This document shows, piece by piece, positions 48,172 through 59,509 of a stretch of DNA of 64,000 nucleotides. How positions within the stretch are numbered: the stretch's first letter is position 1; the number at the start of each line of letters is the position of its first letter. This DNA is from Phyllosticta citribraziliensis (taxonomy: Eukaryota): assembly GCF_038025025.1 (NCBI RefSeq), contig NW_027117340.1, positions 1,302,001 to 1,366,000 of the forward strand, read 5' to 3'. Position numbers and translations under genes: made by a program. The notes beneath the pieces are model-generated. The model was not told the DNA's origin, did no database searches, and saw only the letters and a program-made list of their open reading frames with translations.

Positions 48172-49871
48172 ACCACGGGCAGACAAGACATCCTCACGAA
48201 GTCACGAAAGGATACCACGGAGTCTGGGTTCGGCCTGGCGTTTATTTCACCAAGCACAAACACAAAAAAACCAACCATCTTCTATCGAGTCAGGGCGCTC
48301 GTAAAATAGCCTGGGCGGGTGGGACAACAACCCAAGTCTGGCTTGCCTCGCTCATCAGGCTTGGGGGGAAACAAAAACAACCATCAATACTTTCACGACT
48401 GCGGCTTCAACCTCCTCCTTCAAGCACGTCAATTCGACGGCAAGGCATGGCGCTGGTGGTGTTGCGTCTTCTTTTGGCATTCCTCCATCGGTCAACCAAC
48501 ACCGTCGCTTGCATTTCACCGCTCATCCTCCCTTCAAACACTCGCGTCATTTTTACTCGCTTGGGCTTTTGGAGTCGATTCCTCCTCAATCAGGAGTGCG
48601 TCATTGACTTGGATTTGGCGTAAAGCATTCGGGAATGAGCGCCGTGTATCATTCTATTTCTTTTGGCATCAACAGCACCGTTTCATGTGGAGTATAGCGG
48701 CGGCGTTTGTAAATGATGAGACTTTATTCTTTCTTCTACTATGAGCATTCGGGCATTTGTGTGCGCTGGAGGATACTTAATCGAATGGATGCTTGAGACT
48801 TTTCAATGTGGCTTGCAGCTTGTGAAATGTATGTGACTTGTCTGCATGTGTGGTGATGATTGAGTAGTGGAGCGCGATGGGGAGCATCATTGATTCATCC
48901 TGCCGGGAGACAAGTTGACAATGGTGTGTAGGACGACACCTGAGACCGGAAATTTGTCCTTGCAGTGCAGAGGTTGAATCCATTCGCACACGCAGTGGCC
49001 CAAGGAGACATGTTTACAGTGAGTGTATTTGTCAGGAACGAGTGGCTCGCGGCGGGCTTGAAGGAGGAAGCAAATCAGCGGCAAGAGTGTTGGAACTAAG
49101 AAGACTTGTGTAGGAAGGGTGCGTCTCTTGAGTCCGGTCACGGACGGAGGCTGCGTATCACAAGCCAGCTTCTGCGGAGTACTCGGTCCTCTGCTGCTGT
49201 AATCAGCAGATTGCTTGCAACGCGGCGTCTCTCGTGGCCGAACGCATAGACATACCACGTGACTGACTACCTTCATGTGTCTGGGCGATGGTCTGCGGTC
49301 TGCATTATTTAAGACTCTTGCCGGCGCCTCGATTCCGACCGCATAGTTTGCAGCCAGAGCAGCCACAGGTGTGAAGGCCGACTGGTCTGTTGGAGGGACT
49401 ACTACAAACAGATTTCGGACTGTCGGTGCGGTTGGTTGGTTGGAGGAGAAATGCAAGGACTGCACTTCCCGGCGGCGTCCCCTTATTTGTTGGCGGCTTA
49501 TCAGGGTCCGCGTTGGTCAACTCCTCTGAACTTTGAGCATCATCATGACTAGGTTATCTGGCCAAGCCTCAGCATCGTATGATGTTGAAGAGCCTTGAGG
49601 TCGCAAAGAGACGGTGATTCATTTTCTGGAATCGGGCTTTCTTTCTTTCTGATATTGTCATTGCGACAGAGGGTCTGCCTGAAGGGTGCAAGTGCTGTCA
49701 CTATCGCCATTCGTTCCGAATTTGATGGATACTTGTGTAGCTTCGAGCCTATGGTCTTCCAAGAAAAGCAGAAATAGCGCTTCTATATCCGCATCAGCAT
49801 CTAGATCAACTATGTGACGTGAAACTACCGTCCAATCTGCGCCCGTCAGCCGTAACCGCACTCAAATGCGT

Positions 49872-51154
49872 TTACATCATCTGCACCTCCAAAAGACATC
49901 TCCTCACCCCTCCCTCGCCCATCTCTACTCCCGAGTTTTCGATTTCTGCGGCGACCGCTCCTCTCGCCGCACACTCCTCCTTGAACGCATCAACGCCGCC
50001 TCCAACGCCAAAGTAGAATTTCTTCGCCGCAACCATGGCCTTCCCCAGGCGGACCCTCTTCAAGAGTCCGACACAGGTCTCCGTGAATGCGCGCAGGGCC
50101 GCGGGAGAGTAGATTGTCTCAGATGCGAGAATCAACGTGTTCATCTGCTCGGCCGACGGCGTCAGGTCCAGGAATGCGTCCGCGGGCGCCCAGGATCCCG
50201 AGATGAAGCTCAGCGTTAGTGGGCAGGCGAAAAGCGCGTCGAGGAAAGCGCCAACCAGCGCGGGCGTGATGTAAAGATCGCCGTGGTCTTCTTCCGAGTC
50301 GTGGAACGGGTTGGGCGAGTCCTCGGAAAATGGAGCAGCGGCGGGATTGGAGCTGTCCAGCGTTGAAGCCCACGTGAGAATGAGATTGGGGAGCGTGACG
50401 AGCCGCAACACCGAGGCGTTGTAGTCGGCGAGAGTAAAGTAGAGGGGAAGGGATTGCGTAAGTGCGTATCTGAAGAGAATGAGTGTGGGAATCGCGGTGC
50501 CACAACCAAGCTGCGGAGATCGTTAACCTTGCGGGAGTCTTCGAGTTTTGCATAAATTATTCGTACCTCAATGACATGGTCTACACGGCAGAGGTCATCA
50601 ATGTCTTTGCGCGGGCCGCGATCGATGAGAAGCTTTGCCAGGTCGATGGAGCATTCCCAGCTCTTGTAGCCGCCTTCGTAGACGTTGGTCTTGATGTCTG
50701 AATCGTCCAGGCCAGTCGGAGCAGTAGCGGAAGACGATTCAGCGTCATCCTCTGCCATCAATTGCAACCGCACATCAAAGATTTCGCGGCGAGGGATCTT
50801 CAACTTCTTTCCTTTGGGTGACTCTATCTCAACCAGGCTGTAGGAGACCTTGGAAGGTAGAGATTCTATCTGGGGAGAAAACTTAGCTGGAAAACGCAAA
50901 GAAAAAGCGAAAAGTGGCGGAGAAGGAGGTGTTCAAAGAAGCAAAGTTGTGGACTCTCCTGTACTGCGCGCAATCGAAAGCCTACCTACCAACTCTTGAA
51001 GTTTGTGAGACCGGGCTGGGGTGAGCTCCGGCTGATGCTCTGATGGTGGAGGATTCGTCGCCGCGGGCGTTGGGTGGAAAGCAGGCGCGTCTCCCGAATC
51101 GGCCTCGACATCTATATCGTCTCCAGCGAATCCAAAGCTAAAGGGCTGGGCCAT
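49872..51154 (-). CDS. HPM1: Protein-histidine N-methyltransferase (Hpm1/METTL18 family), 368 aa
   Basis: Exons 51154-50990, 50869-50567, 50510-49872 (1107 nt). NVYEGGYKSWECSIDL, SAM motif IELGCGT, ADYN, ILASETIY and AAKKFYFGVGGG. Confidence 0.88.
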
Positions 51155-51615
51155 ATTGTGTTGACGAGAAGAGGTGAATGTACAAGGTGAGAAGCAGAGA
51201 GCAGGCGAAGCTCTTCAGTCCGGACCGAAAGCGGAATTGTAAGCGAGCCCATGCACGCACCATTTGCCGATCGGCTCCCCAGCCCCTCGGTCCCTCCTTC
51301 CCCACCCCTTACCAACTCCATCCTCTGTCGTCATCTTCATCCATTGGTACAACTATTTCGTGAGATTGCTACCCAGCAACCTGAATTAGTAGAGCCAATA
51401 CTACAATAGCATTGGCCCTCGATTTCGCGGGTCTGCTGTTTCACGGCGTGCCATCTGCACAAATTCCCCGACCAATGAGAAGCCTAGTTTTTTCATCTTC
51501 GTGAGCATTTCGCGAGTTCCGAATGCTGCAGCCCTCGAGCAACGCAGCAGAGCTTATTCAGGTTCGATTTAAAAACGGTCTTTCTCTATAACTTCAGCTG
51601 ACTGATTCAAGAAGA

Positions 51616-52725
51616 ATGTTTGCTGCCGACATCGCCACACGCGCCCAAGCATTGGGCCTCAAGGTTCATGGGGTTTCGGAAGTTGAGATTCAGACCGAGA
51701 CTGGGATCTCACCTTCATCTCTCAGAATCTTGGAGAAGAGAGCCATCGAGCGGGGCTACGATCCACAGGTCTCTCAAAAAATCGAACGCCAGCATGTCAC
51801 TTTCACAACGTCACCTGATGAGCTTCCCGTCGAACTGCATCTCCATATCATCTCCTTTCTTGACCTCAAAGGCTTGATCAAAATGCGAAGCGTCTCAAAG
51901 CATTGGCGGAGCTTGATCGAGAAATACGCCCAAAACTCCGAGGTAGTACTCCCAAGTCGCTATGCTCTTCTCCAGCTGTATGATGATTGGACTCGGACAT
52001 TTGCTTGTGCAGAAACTCGTAATTTGATCCTGCCCCATCTTCGGAACTTCGACCGCGACGAGTACATGTCAAACTTTCCAGGCAATGTTCCAGAGGAATT
52101 TGAGCTTTGGATCCGGGAATGGCCTTCGTCTGCTGTCATGGGCTGGCTCTGGCCCGGTCTTCCTGATCGCGACCATGATAGTCTACCGGGACCTGACTAT
52201 CGATTCTCGTTAGAGCATGACAACGAATTGAACAGACTGTCGACAGATTGTCTCAGAAGGTGGAGAGATCCGTACAGAAATTGGATCTATTGTCGAATAA
52301 ATTTCAACGCGGACAGTCCTCACGCTGTCGACATCAAGACACACGGCGCTGCTCATGGCTGGCGCGTATCAGGGAAGACAACAAATTCAAGTTTGATTTC
52401 TCTTGAGACCAGGGCCATAGAGATCCAGACGGGCTGCCAGGCGTCAGATGAATCAGGTGGGCCGACCCGCGGCCTCGTGTTGCTTATTATCAGCGGGGCT
52501 GGTCCTTTCAATGGAACAGTTCAGGGAGCGTGCGGAGATCCGGAGGAACACTACGTTGGAGAAGTGGAGGAATCGTGGATTCCAGAGGTCAACTGCCAGA
52601 GGCCTGAAAACGACTACTCCAAGAGCTGGATCGAGTGGCTTCGAAAGCATATGATGCTATTGGAGGAAATCTGGGGTGGATGGCCAACAAGTTGGGGCGT
52701 GCCGCATACCGGATCCTCACGTTGA
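51616..52725 (+). CDS. F-box domain protein (369 aa, intronless), C-terminal domain unknown
   Basis: F-box consensus PDELPVELHLHIISFLDLKGLIKMRSVSKHWRSLI. Confidence 0.8.
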   Translation: MFAADIATRAQALGLKVHGVSEVEIQTETGISPSSLRILEKRAIERGYDPQVSQKIERQHVTFTTSPDELPVELHLHIISFLDLKGLIKMRSVSKHWRSLIEKYAQNSEVVLPSRYALLQLYDDWTRTFACAETRNLILPHLRNFDRDEYMSNFPGNVPEEFELWIREWPSSAVMGWLWPGLPDRDHDSLPGPDYRFSLEHDNELNRLSTDCLRRWRDPYRNWIYCRINFNADSPHAVDIKTHGAAHGWRVSGKTTNSSLISLETRAIEIQTGCQASDESGGPTRGLVLLIISGAGPFNGTVQGACGDPEEHYVGEVEESWIPEVNCQRPENDYSKSWIEWLRKHMMLLEEIWGGWPTSWGVPHTGSSR

Positions 52726-53914
52726 AAGCTCATGCTTGGAGTCGATCGTTCAAGACCGAAAGCCGTTTTGACTGTTGAGGCTCGGCCAATAGCTCATCGT
52801 TGACCACTTTGGTCAACCGAAGTCTTGGGGCGCCAGTTTCTGAGACACCGAAGGCCAGGACACAGAATTGCTCGACATATCCTGCCAGGCGGCTCAAGCT
52901 CTTTTCTTGCGAAGTGCCGTCAGCATTTAAATTCCAAACTATCATGGAACCGGCTCCCTTGCACATTGCTCAATGAAGTACGGATAGAGGGAGGACATGT
53001 AGCTGGATGGCCTCAAAAGCAGTCAAATGATTCCCACATACCAAATATCATTGTCCTCCAGTCAACGTCTACGTCTTAGAATCGAAATTATTGATCTCGA
53101 CACTATTTCGTGCAAACCACTTCTTACAAAGTCACCTGCCCCGTGCCAAAAGCCAAAATGGAGAGCTCCTCACCCGAAGCGTGAATAAATTGCTCCAGCG
53201 TTCTCAAGTCGCGAGTGGCGCTGGAAGCCTTCTCATATTCGCGCTCAAGCCTTCAAAGTCACGCGTCGGGAGGCTTCGTTCGCGTTGCAAGAAAAGGAAG
53301 TGGATGTCAAGAAATGACAGCGAGTGACGAGTGGCTTCTCAGTCAAACCGGACGAGCAATTCGTCCCAATCATCATCAGTCACAGAATTAATCGTCTCGT
53401 CTGGTCTGCTCTATAGTGAACTAGAGAGTGTGGTGCCTGCCAGTGCTCCATGCCTTGCCCGTCTGGTCTTGCCCGTCTGGTCTGGAAGTTTCTATGGTCT
53501 GTTTCCGTCTCATTTTGAGAAGCTGTATGACTTGGTCAAACTTCATTCAATTCATCAGACTTCCATGTCATTAAAAAGGCAAATCCAACCGATGGTGAAG
53601 TGGGAGGGGGGAGCGCCCGCCACCGGCGCTGGACAAAGAAAAAAACACAGAAAAAATCTCCCAAATCAGAACCCGCCCTGCGCAGCAGCAAGTTCCCATT
53701 TCCGCACAACGACAAGAGTGGCGAGGGAAAGCCCGCCACCGGCGCTAGGGGAAAACACAAAAAATGATCCCAAATCAAAATCCGCCCTCCACAGTAAATC
53801 CAAAATCCCCTATGCAACAAAAGGACTCTCCATATTCCCATTCCCGCACAACGAATGACTCAAGACCCGCTACCCGCTCCCAAAACCGAAAATGCACATT
53901 TGTCAAAAGTTCAA

Positions 53915-54778
53915 TCAGAGCACAGAGCTGCTGCGGTCGTGGCGAAGCGGCGGCCTCTCGCGGACGCTCATGGAGCGACGAAAGTCTGCCTCGTCGTCCG
54001 CGAACGTGACCTCCTTGTCCTCAGCCGATGAAGTCTTGGTGGGGTGCTCATGGTAGTCGCAACGGTCGAAGTCGGACCACTCGAGGGTAGCCCATGTCGG
54101 ATCCTCAACGAGGGCTTCAGAGATGAGGCTATACTCCAACAAGAATCCGGCAGGCAGGACCGCGAGAATCTCGTCCTCGCCCCTACGATCCACCAGGTTC
54201 CTGATGCCGTGCTTGTACATGACGGCGTGGACAAGGAACTTGCGCAGGCCGGATCCGCGCCGCGTGTTTTCGTACACGTAGTTAATGCTGTCATAGTGAA
54301 GCGAGCCGTTCTTGTCGAACAGCGCGTCGATGACGCGCACCTTGAGCGCCGGCACGCCGCGCTTGTCGGCGAAGATGTAGATCTTGTAGAGGAAGCGGGA
54401 CTTGAGTTGGAACGCGTCGAGCTTCTCGGAAAACTTGCGCGTGTACACCCAGGTCAGGACCGCTTCGAAAACTTCTGGGTCGTCTTCGGGTAGCTTGATC
54501 GTATGGGTTGTGCCGTCCGCGTCTCTGGGACCTGTACCTTCGCATGCCGAACGGAACCAGGAGGAGTGGTGGGAGATGAGGCCAGTGTGAACTTTGAATT
54601 CCACCTTATCGGGGCCCACGAGCACCTTGATCATGTCGCCGAATTGTTTGCTGAATGTTATGAGCGACTGGGCTACTTGACGACAGAGGAAAACTTACTA
54701 CGGGGGGTGTGCGTAAAGAATTTCGGCATACGGGCACATCCTGTGGTTGTGCGAGGCAACCGATTGGGGGCGCGACAT
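53915..54778 (-). CDS. BTB/POZ domain protein, 271 aa
   Basis: Exons 54778-54699 and 54650-53915 (48-nt GTAAGT...TTCAG intron, 816 nt total). BTB motif IKVLVG...FKVHTGLISHHSSWFRSAC...IKLPEDDPEVFEAVLTWVYT...YIFADK; C-terminal CDYHEH typical of fungal BTB proteins. Confidence 0.85.
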
Positions 54779-54789
54779 GTTGGACAAGG

Positions 54790-55210
54790 TTGTCGATGTG
54801 GAAGCTATTGGTGTTGTCGTGTGAAGGGTGTCAATGGGTGTCGATGTGAAGGGTGTCAATGGGAATCGATGTGAAGGGTGTCGGGTGTCGATGTGAGGGT
54901 TGTCGATGGGTGTCGATTTATAGGCGTCGACTGCTCCACGTGCGTCGAATGCTCCACGTGCGTCGATATAAGAGGTTGTCGATGTGATGAAGGTCTTCGA
55001 CGTGATGTCTATGTGAAGGGCTTCAACGTGATGTCGATGTGAAGGGCGTCGGATGCTCCACTTGCGCCGACGTAAAAGGTTGTCGACGTGAAAGGTATCG
55101 AATGCCTCAAGTGTGTCGATGTAGGAGGCTGTCAATAGAAAAGTGTCGACGTGAAAGTTGCAGCGAGCGTCTTAAGAGTCCTGGTCAGAAGCTTTTGACT
55201 GTCGATGTGT
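54790..55210. repeat. Degenerate direct-repeat array (core TGTCGAYGTGAAGG, more than 20 partial or complete copies) in the BTB promoter/5'UTR
   Basis: Copies at e.g. 54839, 54865, 54886, 54977, 55006, 55032, 55081, 55114 and 55144. A 17-mer, TGCTCCACGTGCGTCGA, is duplicated at 54932 and 54950. Confidence 0.85.
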
Positions 55211-57168
55211 CAAATGCTTCACGTGGATATTTCACGTAATTCTTTCCGAGAGCGAATGACTGAATGAGAAAGACTTGGACTTAATTCTGCGCAAATAATA
55301 GCCAATGCCATTACGACCCTTATGTAGAGCTTGGACATCGGTCCGAAGCGAATCAACGTCTGGTAAGGAAGGTATTTTTGGAAAAGTCAGGTTCCCAAGG
55401 GTGGGCTTGCTACCGTTGACGATCCTTCGTCCCGTTTACCAAATCAGGCGCGCAATGTATCGGTTTGGCCAACATGACGAGCGTCGTTGTTGAAGGCTCG
55501 GAATTGCGCTGTCTCCTGTAATTGATTCGGGCCACGAGGTATTGATCTGGGAAAGTCGCTTAGGAAAGCTTCAATGCCAGTGAGACATTCTGAATGCTTC
55601 TCATACAAGCAGTTGGCCGCCGGAGCTTGGCGTCAGGAACCATTTCCATCACGTGTTCGGTTGATGGTACATCCAGGGCATCCTTTCAACCTCACACCCC
55701 ATCGTACGTCACTTCACCTGCCTTATACTTTGAGCCTTCCGCAATACGAGCAACGCTAAAAGACATGTCGTTCGTCATTGCAAGGCAATGGTGCTGTGCT
55801 TTATTGAATTGTCGCCACTGAGGGTCTTCATCGCCGGGAAACCGGTCAAAGTTGACCTCCTCTCCATCGCGTCTTGCCCAACTAGTCATGCTCAAGAGCC
55901 TTAGGGTCTGAACAGTGGGGCGCAAGGGCAAATGTCGTTCCTCAAGAAGTTGTCGTGCCTGTAGATCCTGGAGGCCATCCCCAACATCGTCTGACCAGTC
56001 TCCCCTCTTGGAGTGCGATGCCACATGACCCCACTATGCGTCGGCACCGAAAAGAGCTACCTTCGGCATTTCATCGTTGTCACTCGGTCTTCCGCAGCTT
56101 CGTCGAGGTAGCGCTCTCCTAGCTCGCAAGGCTTTGCATGATGAATGTCGCCACCATCAAGGTCCGTCCAGCCGAGGTTCGATATGACGATGGAGGGCAC
56201 AGCCTTCGTTGACGAGGTCGTGGCAAACGCTTCGAGCTTTGTCGGAAGTGTTGGTTCCGTCGCGTGCGTGACGAGCCATGGGAAGAAAGTTGAGCAATGG
56301 CCTTTCCCAGATCTTTCGTGGCTGTCCTTGTATCGAATGGATCCATCATTCCAAGGAGTCTGGGTTCACCATAAAGCGATCAAGTACGCAGATGAAAGGC
56401 TGTTAGCAATTCGACGTAGATAGAGTCTTTGGTATGGAAAATGACGAATTGTCCAAGGGATTCTGATTATTCAAATTTCCTCTTCTGATATCCGCATCTT
56501 TCAATGTGTAGCCCTTGCGGAAAGTTAGCATGAATCACTTGTCTCTAAATGTGACAGCGTCATGACTTGCCGTCCTCAGCGGCAAATTCGCAGGTACGTC
56601 GCTGAGGCACGGATACTCAAGGCTTCTTGGAGACTGATAGTCCCTCTCAAGACAAGCAGAGCCTTGAGCAAGATGATTGTGAACATAACAGATTGATCAC
56701 TTACCATTCCGCTTCTTTTCCTTGTCAAGAAGGCTTGCTTGGTGGCGTAGTACCAACTGCCGCATGCCCGATCCTGCACGGCCAGCGACACATGTTCTTG
56801 TTTTCAAAGACTCGAAATCGCACCCGGTCATTTGAATTTTGCGGAGCTGTATCATTTGACCGCTGGCGGAGGCAAAGCGGAAATGAGTTGTCCTGCTCCA
56901 AGCCAACGAGGCCGCGTGTGTTGTTGCGAACATACCCGGACAGTCACCCGAGTGGTTTAAAATCCGGACCGACACTTGTAAGTGTCTGTAGCCTGGCCAC
57001 TTCGTTCATTTCACATCCCCAACGAACGACATTGCCACTGTCAAGTTTTGCTTCTATATGCATGGTTGCAAGAAGCAAACGTTGCGGATGGAGTGGCCTA
57101 GAATGGTGATGTCGTCCTTGGATATTGGGACGTCAGAAAAGTATGAACAAAGCCAATTCCTGACTTGA

Positions 57169-58977
57169 TCAATAATCCGGAAAGTCTGGATCAACGTCCT
57201 TCCGCCAAGCTTTGAAGCCACCCCGAATATCGACTATGGCCCTTGAGCCTCCTTTGTCTAAACCCAAGGCCTTCATTTTCTTGACAGCAATTTGTGAATC
57301 GTTCCCCAGCCGACAAGTGACGATGATGGGCTGATCTGATGGTGTCTGCTGCAGCTGCTTCACCCAATCCGGCTGTGTTTCTTCCTGGGCAGACGGCGTA
57401 CTCGCTGACGATTCTGGTGTGACTGGCGTATTGGCCGCCGAAGGAGCTTGCACATTCAACCTCTCGATATCAGAGAAGGGTATGTTGATGCTACCATCCA
57501 AGTGCGCCAATTCAAATTGTATTTTGTCGCGGACGTCGACCAGGACATGTCCGTTTGATTCCGAGTTGGCAGCTTGGTGGTATTCCCGAGCCGAGATGCG
57601 CTCATCTGGGGACAGAGCGTTGACTGGACTGGAGGCACCGCAAAACTGAACATAATCCATAGATCCAGAGCTGAGAGCTTCTCGGGTGACGGTGGCCTCA
57701 GCAGAGCATGCTGCACACCGCGGCTTCCGAGAGCGAAGGCCGAAAGATCGAAACTGTGGGTTTCCGTATGCAGAGAATATCAACAGAGATGCTTTATTCG
57801 GTTTTTTTGGGGCAGAATTGGAGCCGTTCGGCGTGGGCCTATCAATGTCCATTGGGGTGTCTGCAGGAGGGCCCTGCGAACTCTCTATACCAGCTGCAAT
57901 CAGCTTGATGGCCTCGAGAGCTTGCAGCACGCCCATGACTCCCACCACAGGACCTAGAACTCCACCCTCACCACAGCTGACGACGCTTTCAGCGGGCGGC
58001 GGTCTAGGAAAGATGCAGCGGTAGCATGGACCTCCCATGAGATCTCCAGGTGGAAGGGGCGGGTTGTTGAAGATTGTGAGCTGACCATCTGTCCGCAACG
58101 CCGATGCAGATACAAGAGGCTTGCCGAGCAAGACGCAAGTGTCAGAAATGAGATATCGAGAAGCTGGCGTGTCGGTACAGTCGAGCACCAGGTCGTAGTT
58201 GGAGAAGATGCCAATGGCGTTAGACGGAGCAAGTTGTGTTTTGTGAGGATTGTATTTGACCGTTGGGTTGAGGCTAGCCAAGGTGAGCGGCATTTCAGAA
58301 TGGACAAGATATGTATACCTACGTCTTGAGGTACATCATGGCGCTGTCCACTTTGGACATGCCCACTCGGCTTGTCGCGTGGAGAATCTGGCGATGCAGA
58401 TTAGATTCCTCGACAGAGTCTCCGTCCACAAGACCGAGAGTGCCTATTCCAGCTCCTGCGAGGTATGCTGCAGCTGGACAGCCTAGACCTCCCATGCCGA
58501 CAATCAAAACTGCGGTGTCGCGAAGGCGGCGCTGTCCTGTAAATCGAGGATTAGACATGGCTTTCAAGCAGCGACCATGAACGGTAAGAAGCGCGCTTGG
58601 CTACCTTGAAGTCCAATTTCCGGCATGATCAACTGGCGGCCATATCTCTTGTAGTCGTCGGCGTTCAAAGGCCATTTCTTTTTCTGTGGCTGCGGTTGTT
58701 CCAGTACTGCTGACAGCTCGGCCTGCCACTCCGCGGGCAATCCTCCGTCTATTGCGAAATTCAAGAATGTAGAGTCCTGTCCGTCCGAGAGTAAAGTCGA
58801 GGGAAAATAACTGGGCTGCGACGAGTTCTCCAGCACTGGCGACTGGGTTGCGGCGGCGGTTTTGGCTGCGCGGGCTTCGGCATTGGCGAGTTTTTGGCGC
58901 AGGTGGACGAGCTGGCGTTCGCAAGAAGAAATCTCATGCCGGATGGAGGCGATGGTCGCCTCGACTGGACCGTCCAT
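57169..58977 (-). CDS. UBA4: Adenylyltransferase/sulfurtransferase Uba4/MOCS3/CnxF, 563 aa
   Basis: Exons 58977-58605, 58536-58323, 58273-57169 (1692 nt). [37 protein letters not shown], and rhodanese CRLGND...VDPDFPDY. Confidence 0.94.
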
Positions 58978-59509
58978 GTCGCAAAAATTCTGCAAGGGCA
59001 GCGCGCCGGCGAGGAGGGACGAGAGGGTTGGGGAGTACAACCAAGAGTGGAATGGAAATGCGCACGCGCTGCGCCGGCCCCGCGCGTCCTACCCTGGTCC
59101 TGGCGCCCTTATCGATAGCTCATATTTGCCTGAGGCTCTGAGGGACCAAACCGGGTTAGCATGACATCATGACATCAAATTCCTCCGGCTACCTAGATCC
59201 AACCCTTCTCTCGAATTAGATGGCATTTATATTCCACTCGAGTCCTATGAGATGCTACGAGCCTTCTCTCGTTAGTGTCTTCTTTCATCTTTCTTCCCAA
59301 CTTCCATTCAAGGCATGCTCTCATCAAATTTCACGAACAGACGGTCATCTCTATTTGCCGTTGAATAGTCTTGTCTGATTTCTCTGCAAGGTCTAATGCT
59401 TGACAATCCCGTGTACGCTTGATTCCACTTTTTGATACCCGCATCTTTTTGCATCCAGCTCGACTCAATCATTTATCCTCATCTAGTTAAGGCTCTGAGA
59501 GAGCGCCAT

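Noticed and set aside
54790..55210. CRISPR-like array
   Set aside because: The context is eukaryotic, the units are short, degenerate and irregularly spaced, there are no unique spacers, and there are no cas genes.
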